Shown here in pieces: positions 1 to 9,673 of a DNA stretch of 64,000 nucleotides; position 1 is the first letter of the stretch, and each line of letters opens with the position of its first letter. The notes under the pieces were generated by a model. That model ran no database searches, was not told where the DNA came from, and saw only the letters and a program-made list of their open reading frames with translations. Origin of the DNA: a virus (taxonomy: Duplodnaviria; Caudoviricetes); the IMG/VR virus record IMGVR_UViG_3300004213_000422, positions 7,043 to 71,042 of that record; one strand, written 5' to 3'. A program made the translations under genes and the position numbers.

Positions 1-1
1 T

Positions 2-115
2 CGCCTCATGCGAAAGGTTGTGTGGTTCGATGATGAGGCGAAGGTGGAGCGGTTCATCCGCTTCCAATGCGTCAAGGTCTTCTCGATAGGTGACGAGGGC
101 TGGGAGCATGACTGA
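2..115 (+). CDS. 3' end of a hypothetical protein running in from before the window
   Basis: Open frame from the window edge (RLMRKVVWFDDEAK...GWEHD*); its stop lies just after the next ATG at 108. Confidence 0.4.
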   Translation, partial: RLMRKVVWFDDEAKVERFIRFQCVKVFSIGDEGWEHD

Positions 116-329
116 CCAGAAAACGAAGGTTTCTGGAACCGGCATAGCCGGCGCCATGGACTACGTCCCGCACACGCCAGGACGGAATGAAAAGGGCGAG
201 CGCGTCTGCTGGACCTGCGGCGGTCCTCTCAAATCCGGATTCGGGGCCCGCATTGGTCCTCCGTTGCAGGAAGTGTGCAGCGAGAAGTGCTCCAATGCAC
301 CCGGCTGGAAGAGGCAAAATACTGCATGA
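108..329 (+). CDS. Small hypothetical protein, possible Zn-binding
   Basis: CWTCGG...CSEKC cysteine pattern; ATG at 108 preferred over the track start at 90. Confidence 0.5.
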   Translation: MTDQKTKVSGTGIAGAMDYVPHTPGRNEKGERVCWTCGGPLKSGFGARIGPPLQEVCSEKCSNAPGWKRQNTA

Positions 330-330
330 A

Positions 331-402
331 TTGCGCATAAAACGCGCAAAAACGGCGTAAAACACGCCCAAATAGTGATAAACTCACGTTGCGCATGCGC
401 AA
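331..402. promoter_or_regulatory. AT-rich region upstream of terS with TGCGCA motifs and a 14-bp palindrome
   Basis: TTGCGCATAA at 331-340 and perfect palindrome TTGCGCATGCGCAA at 389-402. Confidence 0.4.
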
Positions 403-451
403 ATGATACATATTGCGTGTTGGGCAATAAAATACGAAGTGCTGCACGATC

Positions 452-1024
452 ATGCAGCGCGGACCCAAGCCAAAGACCGTCGAGGAGCATAAGGCGCGGG
501 GCAATCCCAGCAAGCGCCCGCTGACGACGCTGGTTCCGGAGCCGATGGCGGGCGCCATGCTGTGCCCCCGCGAGGTCGCCAGCGACGGTCGCGCCCAGGA
601 CTACTGGGATATGTTCCTCAGCAACACCGCGCCCGGCCATCTGCGCCCGCTGGACGCCCCGATGCTGGCCCGGCTCTGCATGTCCCTCTCCATGGCCGAC
701 AAGGCATCGGAGGAGATCACCAAGACGGGGCTGCTGGTCAAAGCCCGCAACGGCATCCCCATGCAGAACCCGTACCTGCCGATCCTGAACAAGCAGGTCG
801 AGATCGCCCGCAAGCTGGCTGCCGAACTCGCGCTTCCCCCTGCCATGCGCAACCGTGTGGGCAAGTACGAGGACGGCAAGGGTGGCCCTTCCGCCTGGGA
901 TGCGCTCTCCGCCCCGGTCAGCGATGAGCCGGACGGCGACGATGGGCCGAACTACGGCCTGGACGAAGATGGCGAGTTAGAGGACGGCGACCCCGTTCCT
1001 GCTGAAGACGGCGAGGAGGAGTAG
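452..1024 (+). CDS. terS: Terminase small subunit (P27-like)
   Basis: RGPKPKT...GNPSKRPL N-terminus and QNPYL...ELALPPAMR motif; directly upstream of terL. Confidence 0.9.
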   Translation: MQRGPKPKTVEEHKARGNPSKRPLTTLVPEPMAGAMLCPREVASDGRAQDYWDMFLSNTAPGHLRPLDAPMLARLCMSLSMADKASEEITKTGLLVKARNGIPMQNPYLPILNKQVEIARKLAAELALPPAMRNRVGKYEDGKGGPSAWDALSAPVSDEPDGDDGPNYGLDEDGELEDGDPVPAEDGEEE

Positions 1025-1026
1025 TC

Positions 1027-2730
1027 GTGTCTGCGGCCACCAAAGAGCACCCTGTGGATGGCGCATTCCGCTACGCACGCGGCGTCATCAGGGGAGACAT
1101 CGTCGCGCCAGTCTACGTCAAGATGGCGTGCAAGAGGTTCATCAGTGACGTCAAGGAAGCGCTTGCCGGGCGCGGTGAGTGGGAGTTCCGGCCGGACCTC
1201 GCTGCGAGACCGCTGATCTTCGCTGGCCTGATGAAGAACATCAAAGGCCCCATGGCCGGGAAGCCGTTGCAGCTTGGCGACTGGCAGGTCTTCATCTTGG
1301 TCAACCTGTTCGGATTCGTTGAGCGTGGAACGACAGCGCGGCGCTTCCGCCAGGGCATCGTCTATGTCCCGCGAGGCAACGGCAAGACAACCTTCGCCGC
1401 GCCCATTGCCCTCTACCTGACGTTCATCGACGGCGAGGGTGGTGCGGAGGGGTATGCGGCGGCGGTGACGCGTGATCAGGCGCGCATCCTGTTCGACACC
1501 GCTCAGGCGATGGTTCGCAAGAGTCCCGAACTGAAGTCGAACTACGGGATCGAAGTAAACGCCAATTCAATCTTGCAGGCGGATAGCGCATCCAAGTTCG
1601 TGCCAGTGTCGTCCGATGCGAAGGCGCTGGACGGCCTGAACGTGCAGGTCGCCATCTGCGACGAGATCGGTTCGCACAAGACCAGCGAGGTCTATGACGT
1701 CCTCCTGACCGCCATGGGCAAGCGCAAGCATCCCATGCTGCTGAGCATATCCACGGCAACCGGCAACAACACCGGCATCGGGAAGACCTTGTGGGACTAT
1801 GGCGTGCGTGTGCTGGAAGGGAAGAACGAGGACGAGCGAGTCTTCGTGCTGATCTACAGCGCCGATGCCGGCGATGATCCCTGGGACGAGAAGACGTGGA
1901 TGAAGGCCAACCCTTCATGGGGCAGCGCCGTCCAGCCGGACGCGATACGCGCCATCATGAAGCAGGCCAGGAACAACCCCGCGCAGGAAGCGGCGGCCAA
2001 GACGAGGCATTTGAACATCTGGGTCGGCGCGGACGAGGCGCTGTTCAGCAGCCGCGCCTGGGCTGATTGCAAGCGCAAGCTGAGCCTGGACGCCTTTGTC
2101 GGCATGGACTGCCACGTCGGCCTGGACCTCGCGACGCGAACCGACCTCGCCGGCATGTCGCTGGTGTTCCCGCAGCGCGACAAGGAGACGGGCAAGATGC
2201 GCTACACCGTCTTCGCGCGCGCCTACATCAATCAGGAGGCGGTGCTGGAGGCGCGCAACCCATCCTATCCAGGGTGGGCTGCTTCCGGCGACATGATCAT
2301 CACGCCGGGGAACGAGACCGACTTCGACTTCATCGAGTCCGACTTGCGCGACCTCGCCGGCAAGTTCCGCATCCAGTCGGTGCGCTACGATCCCTGGCAG
2401 GCGACGCAGCTTTCGCAGCGGCTGCGCGCTGAAGGCCTGAACTGCGTGGAGTTCAGGGCCACCACGCAGAACTTCTCGCCGGCCATCATCGAGCTTGACG
2501 CCGCTATGCGCGGAGGGCGCTTGGACCACGACGGAAACCCGGTGCTGGAGTGGTGCATGGGCAACGTCGTCGGCACGCAGGACCGGCGCGGCAACTTCTA
2601 CCCGACCAAATCCAAGCCGGAGCAGAAGATCGACTTGGCGGTGGCTGCAATGATGGGCATTGCTGGTGCGATGGATGAAGACGGCGACGGCGAGTCCATC
2701 TATGAGACCCGTGGAGTGCTCATGGCATGA
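1027..2730 (+). CDS. terL: Terminase large subunit (HK97/Terminase_1 type)
   Basis: VPRGNGKTT Walker A, AICDEIG Walker B, nuclease motifs GLDLA and KIDLAVA. Confidence 0.97.
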   Translation: MSAATKEHPVDGAFRYARGVIRGDIVAPVYVKMACKRFISDVKEALAGRGEWEFRPDLAARPLIFAGLMKNIKGPMAGKPLQLGDWQVFILVNLFGFVERGTTARRFRQGIVYVPRGNGKTTFAAPIALYLTFIDGEGGAEGYAAAVTRDQARILFDTAQAMVRKSPELKSNYGIEVNANSILQADSASKFVPVSSDAKALDGLNVQVAICDEIGSHKTSEVYDVLLTAMGKRKHPMLLSISTATGNNTGIGKTLWDYGVRVLEGKNEDERVFVLIYSADAGDDPWDEKTWMKANPSWGSAVQPDAIRAIMKQARNNPAQEAAAKTRHLNIWVGADEALFSSRAWADCKRKLSLDAFVGMDCHVGLDLATRTDLAGMSLVFPQRDKETGKMRYTVFARAYINQEAVLEARNPSYPGWAASGDMIITPGNETDFDFIESDLRDLAGKFRIQSVRYDPWQATQLSQRLRAEGLNCVEFRATTQNFSPAIIELDAAMRGGRLDHDGNPVLEWCMGNVVGTQDRRGNFYPTKSKPEQKIDLAVAAMMGIAGAMDEDGDGESIYETRGVLMA

Positions 2731-2748
2731 GCATTAGGGGAACGGTGC

Positions 2749-4044
2749 ATGTCCATCCTTGACCTGTTCCGCAGCAAGCCCGCCGAGAATGCGCAGAGCG
2801 AGCGCAGTCCGCGTTCGGACCTCTCGGATGGTGAGTGGATGGGCCTGGACTTCTCCGATCCGGCTCTTGCGGAACTTCTTCGCTTCGGGATCAGCAAGGC
2901 GTCGCACGCTGGGTCTCCCGCCGACGCAGACAAAGCTATGCTCAACACGACCGTATTCCGGTGCGTGTCCCTGATCTCTGCGACCATCGGCTCCCTGCCC
3001 CTCTACATCCGCAACAAGGACAGCGCGGGCAACATCACCAATGCGACGCAGCATCCTGCCTATGACCTGCTGCTGAACGAGCCCAACGATTACCAGACGG
3101 GCTACGACTTCCGCAGCCAGATGCAAGCCAACGCGCTGATCGAGGGCAACGGCTACGCGGTGATCGTGTGGTCGCGCGGCAGGCCGATCCGGCTGGTTCC
3201 TCTTGATCCGTACAAGGTGAAGGTTATCCAGAACAGCGACTGGACGCTAACCTATCGCTACCGCAGGCCTGACGGCGGATATACCGACTACCCGGCGAGC
3301 GAAATACTCCACCTGAAGGGCTTCTCGCGCGACGGAATTGTCGGCGTCTCGCGCGTGCATATGGCCAAGGAGGCAATCAGCCTCGCCTTGCAGACGGAGA
3401 AGGCAGCGGCACGCCTCTTCACGCACGGCTTGATGGTCGGTGGCGTGCTGAGCCACCCCAAGACGCTCTCTCAGCAAGCGCATGACCGGCTGATCGAGAG
3501 CCTGAACAGGCGTCACGCTGGCGCTGAGAATGCGCATAAATGGCTGATCTTGGAAGAGAACATGGACGTCAAGTCCTCTCCAAGTTCATCCACGGCGCAG
3601 AACAGCCAGATGATCGAGCTTCGCCGTCTTCAGGTGGAGGAGGTCTGCCGCGTCTTTGACGTCCCTCGTCCTCTCGCGATGGTCGATGAGACGTCCTGGG
3701 GCACCGGCATCGAGCAGCTTGGCTTCTTCTTCGTCCGCTACGGGCTCTCTCACTGGTTCACCGCCTGGGAGCAGTCGATTCGTCGCTCCATCTTCACCAA
3801 GCGGGAGCGCGCGGAAGGAACCCTGTTCGCGGACTTCGATGAGCGCGAACTGCTGCGCGGGAGCCTGAAGGATCAGGCCGAATACTACGCCAAGGCGCTC
3901 GGCTCCGGCGGCAGCGGCGCATGGATGAAGCAGAACGAGGTCCGCGACGACATCGGTCTGTCTCCCGACCCCAGCGGCAACACGCTTGCCGCTGCTGCAA
4001 CACCAACCGCCGGGGCGGAAGCCGGCACCACGAACGGAGAATAG
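2749..4044 (+). CDS. Portal protein, HK97 family
   Basis: VFRCVSLISATIGSLPL, LLNEPNDYQT, EILHLKG, WGTGIEQ, QNEVRD motifs. Confidence 0.97.
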   Translation: MSILDLFRSKPAENAQSERSPRSDLSDGEWMGLDFSDPALAELLRFGISKASHAGSPADADKAMLNTTVFRCVSLISATIGSLPLYIRNKDSAGNITNATQHPAYDLLLNEPNDYQTGYDFRSQMQANALIEGNGYAVIVWSRGRPIRLVPLDPYKVKVIQNSDWTLTYRYRRPDGGYTDYPASEILHLKGFSRDGIVGVSRVHMAKEAISLALQTEKAAARLFTHGLMVGGVLSHPKTLSQQAHDRLIESLNRRHAGAENAHKWLILEENMDVKSSPSSSTAQNSQMIELRRLQVEEVCRVFDVPRPLAMVDETSWGTGIEQLGFFFVRYGLSHWFTAWEQSIRRSIFTKRERAEGTLFADFDERELLRGSLKDQAEYYAKALGSGGSGAWMKQNEVRDDIGLSPDPSGNTLAAAATPTAGAEAGTTNGE

Positions 4045-4045
4045 A

Positions 4046-5311
4046 ATGGCCAATCGCAAGAAGGCCGCTGTGGTCAGCCTTCCCCAGGCCCAGCAGGTCG
4101 CCATCGACGCCAAGGGTGGCGAGAGCGTCATCACCCAGCCCGGCATGCGCCCGGCGGAGAAGACCGGCCCGCTGGTGTCCGGCGCCCCGACCCCCATGGT
4201 CTCCGGCGGCGCGGCCATCGGCATGCCCAGGGGCGTCATCGGCAAGGTCCAGGGGATGGCGGATGAGCCTCCCGCCGCCAACGCAGAGACGGAGCAGACC
4301 GCAACCCAGCGCCTGGAGGACAGCCTTGCCGCGCTGCGCACGGAGGTTGCCGGCATGCGCGCGGAGGCTGCCAAGGGAGCCACGCACGGCCGTCCTGCGG
4401 CCTCTCAGGCGCGTCCTGGCACCATCGGGGGGCTGAGCCTCCCCAGCGCCGCCCGTGGGGCCTCTGCGGTGACGCGGCCGTCCGCTTTCGAGCGCTGGAA
4501 CGCCGGGCTCGTGGTGGCCAGCGACACCAACCCCAACGTCATTACGATGTACGACGTGATCGGGGAGGACTACTGGTCCGGCGGCGGCGTCACGGCCCGC
4601 AGCGTGACCGCGAAGCTGAAGGAGATCGGCTCGGAGGCTGATCTGGAGGTCCACCTGAACTCGCCGGGCGGCGATATGTTTGAGGGGATCGCGATCTACA
4701 ACATCCTGGCCATGCACCGGGGCAAGATCACCGTGAAGGTGCTCGGCCTCGCCGCGTCGGCCGCGTCCGTCATCGCCATGGCTGGCGACGAAGTGCAGAT
4801 GGGGCCCGGCTCCTTCATCATGGTCCACGACTGCTGGGTCCTGGCGTCGGGCAACCGGCACGGCTTCGCGGAGACGGCGGAGTGGCTGGAGCCTTTCGAC
4901 AAGGCTATGGCCGACCTCTACGCCAAGCGCACCGGCAAGACCCCGGAAGAGACGCTGGCCTGGATGGACAAGGATGGCGGCGAGGGCACCTACTTCGGCG
5001 TCAAGGAAGCCATCGCGGCAGGCCTCGCGGACAGCGAGCTTGGTGAATCCGTGCAGGAGAGCACCAAGGCGGCAGAAAACGGCAAGGTGAAGTCGAATCT
5101 GCTGAAGACGGAGCTTGCGCTTTGTGCAACAATGAGCCGTAAGGACGCGAGGGCCCTGCTTTCGAGCGTGAAGGCCCCCACCGACAGCAAGCCGGACGCT
5201 GCTGGAGGTACGCTCCCGACTGATGGCAAGCCGGACGCTGCCGTCGAACCCCCCGCAGACACTAGCTGGCTTGGTTCCGCGACCAGCCTCCTCGCAACGC
5301 TTCGCTCATAG
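4046..5311 (+). CDS. ClpP-type prohead protease with long N-terminal extension
   Basis: HLNSPGGDMFEG, GLAASAASVIAMAGD, IMVHDCW; ATG 1 nt after the portal stop. Confidence 0.93.
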   Translation: MANRKKAAVVSLPQAQQVAIDAKGGESVITQPGMRPAEKTGPLVSGAPTPMVSGGAAIGMPRGVIGKVQGMADEPPAANAETEQTATQRLEDSLAALRTEVAGMRAEAAKGATHGRPAASQARPGTIGGLSLPSAARGASAVTRPSAFERWNAGLVVASDTNPNVITMYDVIGEDYWSGGGVTARSVTAKLKEIGSEADLEVHLNSPGGDMFEGIAIYNILAMHRGKITVKVLGLAASAASVIAMAGDEVQMGPGSFIMVHDCWVLASGNRHGFAETAEWLEPFDKAMADLYAKRTGKTPEETLAWMDKDGGEGTYFGVKEAIAAGLADSELGESVQESTKAAENGKVKSNLLKTELALCATMSRKDARALLSSVKAPTDSKPDAAGGTLPTDGKPDAAVEPPADTSWLGSATSLLATLRS

Positions 5312-5324
5312 GGAGAGCACTGGC

Positions 5325-6695
5325 ATGTCCATCATGAATCGCGTGGGGCGGCTGATGGCCGGTTCCGCGCTGCTTTCGGCGCCGTCGCGCCCCCCGCTGC
5401 TGGTTCCGGCCACTGCGCGTCCGGCGAGTGTCATCCACAGCCTGCGCGGCGACGCGACCGGCTCGCCCCAGGAAATCCTGGCCGCGCTCCAGAAGTCCGT
5501 CACCGACTTCCGCGCCGAGTACGACACCAAGCTGAAGTCCAAGGCCGATGTGGTCACGGAAGAGAAGCTGTCCCGTATCGACGCCTCCGTCTCCGGCTTC
5601 CAGGCCGCGATGGACAAGATCAACGCGGAGCATCAGGCGGCCATCGACGCCGTCAACGCCAAGCTCGCCGCGATCTCGGCTGGCGCGGGTGACAAGGCCG
5701 GCTTCGGCTCCTCGCCGGAAGACCGCGAGTACGCCACACGCTTCGACGCCTATGTGCGGCGCGGCGACCGCGAGGCCGACGATCATCTGCGTTCCTCGCA
5801 GCGCACCGGCATCCGCGCTGCCATGTCGGTCGGCTCCAACCCGGACGGCGGCTACCTCGCCCCGGTGGAGTGGGACCGCAGCATCACGGATCGGCTGAAG
5901 GTCATCAGCCCGATGCGCCAGATCGCGCAGGTCCAGAACATCACCAGCGCGGGCTTCATCAAGGTCTTCAACGACCGTGCGGTCGGCAGCGGCTGGGTCG
6001 GTGAGACTGCCGCGCGCCCGCAGACCACCAACCCGCAGTTCGCCACGCAGACCTACACGCCGGGCGAAATCTACGCGAACCCGGCGGCGTCCCAGCAGCT
6101 TCTGGATGACGCGGTCATTAACATTGAGGAATGGTTGGCGAACGAGGTCGAGGCCGAGTTCCTTCGCCAGGAGGGTCTTGCCTTCGTCAACGGCGATGGC
6201 GTCAACAAGCCGAAGGGCATGCTGACCTACACCGCCAGCAACATGCACCCCTGGGGCGCGGTGCAGCAGACGGCCGTCGCCAATGCCGCTGCGCTGAACG
6301 GCGATGCGCTGATCGACCTCGTCTACAGCATCGACCCGGCCTATCAGGACAACGCGCGCTTCGTCATGAACCGCGCGACGCAGTCCACGATCCGCAAGCT
6401 GAAGGACGGCAACGGCAACTACCTCTGGCAGGCCTCGGTGCAGGTCGGTCAGCCGGCGTCGCTCCTCGGCTACCCGATCACCGACATGGGTGCGATGCCC
6501 AACGTCGGCGCCGGCAACCGCCCGATTGCGTTCGGTGACTTCCGCCGCGCGTACCTGATCATCGACCGGATGGGCGTGCGTATGTTGAGGGACCCCTATT
6601 CCAACAAACCGTACGTGATGTTTTACACCACGCGCCGTGTCGGTGGCGGCCTCCTCGATCCCGACGCCATCCGCTACCTGTTCGTCACCGCCTGA
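5325..6695 (+). CDS. Major capsid protein, HK97 fold
   Basis: DGGYLAPVEW, GDGVNKPKG, GNYLWQ, AFGDFRRAY, RVGGGLLDP. Confidence 0.97.
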   Translation: MSIMNRVGRLMAGSALLSAPSRPPLLVPATARPASVIHSLRGDATGSPQEILAALQKSVTDFRAEYDTKLKSKADVVTEEKLSRIDASVSGFQAAMDKINAEHQAAIDAVNAKLAAISAGAGDKAGFGSSPEDREYATRFDAYVRRGDREADDHLRSSQRTGIRAAMSVGSNPDGGYLAPVEWDRSITDRLKVISPMRQIAQVQNITSAGFIKVFNDRAVGSGWVGETAARPQTTNPQFATQTYTPGEIYANPAASQQLLDDAVINIEEWLANEVEAEFLRQEGLAFVNGDGVNKPKGMLTYTASNMHPWGAVQQTAVANAAALNGDALIDLVYSIDPAYQDNARFVMNRATQSTIRKLKDGNGNYLWQASVQVGQPASLLGYPITDMGAMPNVGAGNRPIAFGDFRRAYLIIDRMGVRMLRDPYSNKPYVMFYTTRRVGGGLLDPDAIRYLFVTA

Positions 6696-6709
6696 GCGGT
6701 CGGCTGGAG

Positions 6710-6737
6710 GAGGCGCCTTCGGGCGCCTCTTTCTCTT
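6710..6737 (+). terminator. Intrinsic terminator after capsid gene
   Basis: GAGGCGCC-TTCG-GGCGCCTC followed by a T-rich run. Confidence 0.75.
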
Positions 6738-6775
6738 CCATCCCCTTCAACCCTGATCAGGAAACAGGAGGCCAC

Positions 6776-7123
6776 ATGGCCGCTTCCACGCAGAACACCG
6801 CTCCGGTCAGCGGTGCGGTCAAGACCAGCACCCCGGCGACGGGCGGCGACCTGAAGCAGCAGGAGGTCACGGTCGGCGGCTCCGCCCCAAAGGGCGAGAA
6901 CGGCGAACCCGCCTCCGACGTCGAGAAGCAGCGTCTGCACGAGGCGAACGCGGCCGGCGACGTCGGCCAGGGCGACGGCTCCGATGCGCTCGGCAGCGGC
7001 GCCATCATCGAAGAGGGCGTGCGTACCGCCATCGACTTCGAACACCCGGCCGTGGACAACCGTCCGCGCTTCGGGCTGCCGGAGCACAGCAACCGCATCG
7101 ACTTCAACGACCCCTACGCCTGA
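6776..7123 (+). CDS. Hypothetical protein, possibly head-associated
   Basis: GGAGG RBS, high-GC codon usage, position after capsid. Confidence 0.7.
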   Translation: MAASTQNTAPVSGAVKTSTPATGGDLKQQEVTVGGSAPKGENGEPASDVEKQRLHEANAAGDVGQGDGSDALGSGAIIEEGVRTAIDFEHPAVDNRPRFGLPEHSNRIDFNDPYA

Positions 7124-7136
7124 TTGATGTGGCATC

Positions 7137-7168
7137 GGCCGGGGGCTTCGGCTCCCGGCCACTCTTTT
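7137..7168 (+). terminator. Intrinsic terminator
   Basis: GGCCGGGGGC-TTCG-GCTCCCGGCC then ACTCTTTT. Confidence 0.65.
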
Positions 7169-7189
7169 GCCTGATGCAGGGAGGCATGA

Positions 7190-8521
7190 ATGACGTCACG
7201 CTATGGCCGCCGCATCGTCATCGACACGGCGGATGCTTTCATTCCTGGGCATCAGGGGGGGGAGGCAGTCCAATACCCAGCCAATCTCCTCAAGGGCGCA
7301 AACAGTCGCTTCCCGCGAGTGGCGGTTTTCGGGGACAGCATCACGTCCCCGATAAATAGCTACGGCTACTGGATGTGGATGCGATTCTTCCTGCGGCACC
7401 GTATCTATCTTCCGGAGAGCCATAACTTCGGCGTCGCTGGGAATACGACAGCCCAGATGATCGAGCGCCTTGATGGCGTTCTCGCCGTTCAGCCGGATAT
7501 TGTCGTCTTTCTCGGCGGAACGAACGACATCAGCGGCGGTTCATCGGCGGCCACACTCGATAATTACCGTGTTATCTTCTCGCGCATTCTGCAATCTGGC
7601 GCGCAGATTGTCGTTGTTCCTGTCCTTCCTCGCGTTGGCGGACAAATGTGGGGAGTTTCCGGACTTAATTCATTCCTTTTCCAGTATTGCTTGATGACGC
7701 CAGGAATGTTCTACGTCTCGGGCCTTTCCGGGATGTTAACTGATTCGACAGGCGCCCTCCTGCCGAATTATTATCAGGCGGACGGCTTGCATCCCGCTCC
7801 GGCGGGAGCGTGCGAAATAGGTCGCGCCATTGCGAAGACGATGGCCGTCTTGATTGATCCGATTGAGACTGCCCTGGACTATGTCGTCCAGGATCAGTGG
7901 CACGGTAGCTATGCCCCCTACGGCAACCTTCTCGCCAACCCATCCCTAACTGGCACTGGAGGAAGTGTCGGGGCGCCCTCAACGGGAGCGGTCGCGACTG
8001 GGTGGGGGCACTCCGGCGGAGGCGGAGGCGGAGGCGTTACAGGTTCGTTGGTACTGAGCCAGCAGGCCGCCCAGGATTCATCGGGCGATTGGCAGGTCAT
8101 GACCTTGACCAACCGTGGATTCGCGAATGCATCGGACAGCCACAGCCTATCTCAAAGCGTGCCCTACTCCCTCGGGAAGTATGCCGCAGGAGATTCCGTC
8201 GTGGCCTCCATCGAGGTCGATGTTTCAGACAACGTCGGCTTGTATGGCTTCACACTGAATATGACGGAGCAGGCGGGGTCAGGGACCACGAATGCCGTAA
8301 AGCGTGATCTCCGCATTACGTCTTTCGCTCAGCTTGGATCGACCAAGGCGATGACTGGTCTCTTGAAGACTGAACCTTTGGTTATTCGGCAGCCGTCCGG
8401 CTCCGGAGTGCAGCAGCTTGACTTCAACTTCACCTATGTGCCGAACGGCACTTATCCGGGTGGGGCCAACATGACCATCAAGGTGCGGCGACCTTCTCTG
8501 CGAAAGGTGGTCACGGCCTGA
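7190..8521 (+). CDS. SGNH/GDSL hydrolase (esterase) with C-terminal beta-rich domain
   Basis: FGDSIT, GVAGNTT, LGGTND, DGLHP blocks all present; more A/T-ending codons than neighbours. Confidence 0.88.
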   Translation: MTSRYGRRIVIDTADAFIPGHQGGEAVQYPANLLKGANSRFPRVAVFGDSITSPINSYGYWMWMRFFLRHRIYLPESHNFGVAGNTTAQMIERLDGVLAVQPDIVVFLGGTNDISGGSSAATLDNYRVIFSRILQSGAQIVVVPVLPRVGGQMWGVSGLNSFLFQYCLMTPGMFYVSGLSGMLTDSTGALLPNYYQADGLHPAPAGACEIGRAIAKTMAVLIDPIETALDYVVQDQWHGSYAPYGNLLANPSLTGTGGSVGAPSTGAVATGWGHSGGGGGGGVTGSLVLSQQAAQDSSGDWQVMTLTNRGFANASDSHSLSQSVPYSLGKYAAGDSVVASIEVDVSDNVGLYGFTLNMTEQAGSGTTNAVKRDLRITSFAQLGSTKAMTGLLKTEPLVIRQPSGSGVQQLDFNFTYVPNGTYPGGANMTIKVRRPSLRKVVTA

Positions 8522-8541
8522 CGGCCCAGGAGGAGACTGCC

Positions 8542-9180
8542 ATGCTGGAGATTATCACCCCCGCGCCCACGAACGACCTGACGACCTTGGAGGTCGTGAA
8601 GGAGGAGTTCGGGATTGCGGCCGACGATACGTCAAAAGACGGAAAGTTGCGTCGGCTGATCGCGGAGGCCTCCTCCATCGTCGCGATGTACTGCAAGCGC
8701 GAGGGCTTTGGCCGCGCCCTCTACCGCGAGACCTTCCGCACCGGGCCCGGCTCCTCGTGGTATCGGCGCGGCGTGATCCTGACCGAAGACGTCAACGTCC
8801 AGATCAGCAGCGTCACCGTCGATGGCGTGCCGGTTGACCCGGCCGGCTACGCCTATGACGGCGTGCTCCTGCGCCGCATCGTCGGCAACGCCGCCACGAT
8901 CTTCCTGAGCAACTTCGGCTGGTCCTGCCGGGCGCTCAGCGTGACCTACTGGGCCGGCTGGGATGCGATGGCGGGCGTGCCTCCTGCGGTGGAGCGCGCG
9001 GCCTTGGACGTGATCGCCTCCATCTACAGCACTCCCGGCACACGGGACCGCTCCATCCGCAGCGAGGAGGTCGCGGGGGTGGGCACCATCACCTACGGCA
9101 CCCAGGCTGCCGGCGCGGCGCTGCTGAGCCCTGAGCGGTATCCGGGGCTCGACCAGTACCAGCGGCAGATTCTGATCTAG
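8542..9180 (+). CDS. Head-tail connector/adaptor (gp6-like)
   Basis: LTTLEVVKEE, YWAGW...PPAVERAAL pattern and position. Confidence 0.75.
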   Translation: MLEIITPAPTNDLTTLEVVKEEFGIAADDTSKDGKLRRLIAEASSIVAMYCKREGFGRALYRETFRTGPGSSWYRRGVILTEDVNVQISSVTVDGVPVDPAGYAYDGVLLRRIVGNAATIFLSNFGWSCRALSVTYWAGWDAMAGVPPAVERAALDVIASIYSTPGTRDRSIRSEEVAGVGTITYGTQAAGAALLSPERYPGLDQYQRQILI

Positions 9181-9190
9181 GGGAAGCGCG

Positions 9191-9673
9191 ATGGACTACG
9201 ACAGGCTGGGAGAGGAAGTAGCAAGGTCGGAATACGCGGAACTTGACGCGCAGGCGGTCGCGGACGCGCTCAATGCGCGCAACCTGCCGGTCGTGGTTGA
9301 CGTGCCAACCTTCGACGCGCGCGGCTTGCTGCTGGGGACGGGCGAATGGGGCGCGCTCTGCATCTTCGCCGTGCCGCAGCCGGGCGACGCCCAGGAGATA
9401 CTTCAGGCGCGCGCCGTCGCCATCACCGCCCGCGACACGCTGACGCTCACCCAGTCCCTGGAGACCAGCAAGCCGGCCTATATGGGGGCGGTGACGCAGA
9501 TGCTGGGGCTGCTTACCCAGGTCGGCGTCATCAGTGCAGGGACCAGGGATGCTCTCCTGGCTCTGACGCAGTCCAGTCGTTCACGCGCTGACGAACTGGC
9601 CATCGGCCCCGTGACGGATCAGGACGTCCTCACGGTCCGGAAGATGGCGCAGATGGCAGAGGGCGCTTCCTGA
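9191..9673 (+). CDS. Hypothetical protein, probably virion-associated
   Basis: Coupled ORF inside the structural operon. Confidence 0.6.
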   Translation: MDYDRLGEEVARSEYAELDAQAVADALNARNLPVVVDVPTFDARGLLLGTGEWGALCIFAVPQPGDAQEILQARAVAITARDTLTLTQSLETSKPAYMGAVTQMLGLLTQVGVISAGTRDALLALTQSSRSRADELAIGPVTDQDVLTVRKMAQMAEGAS

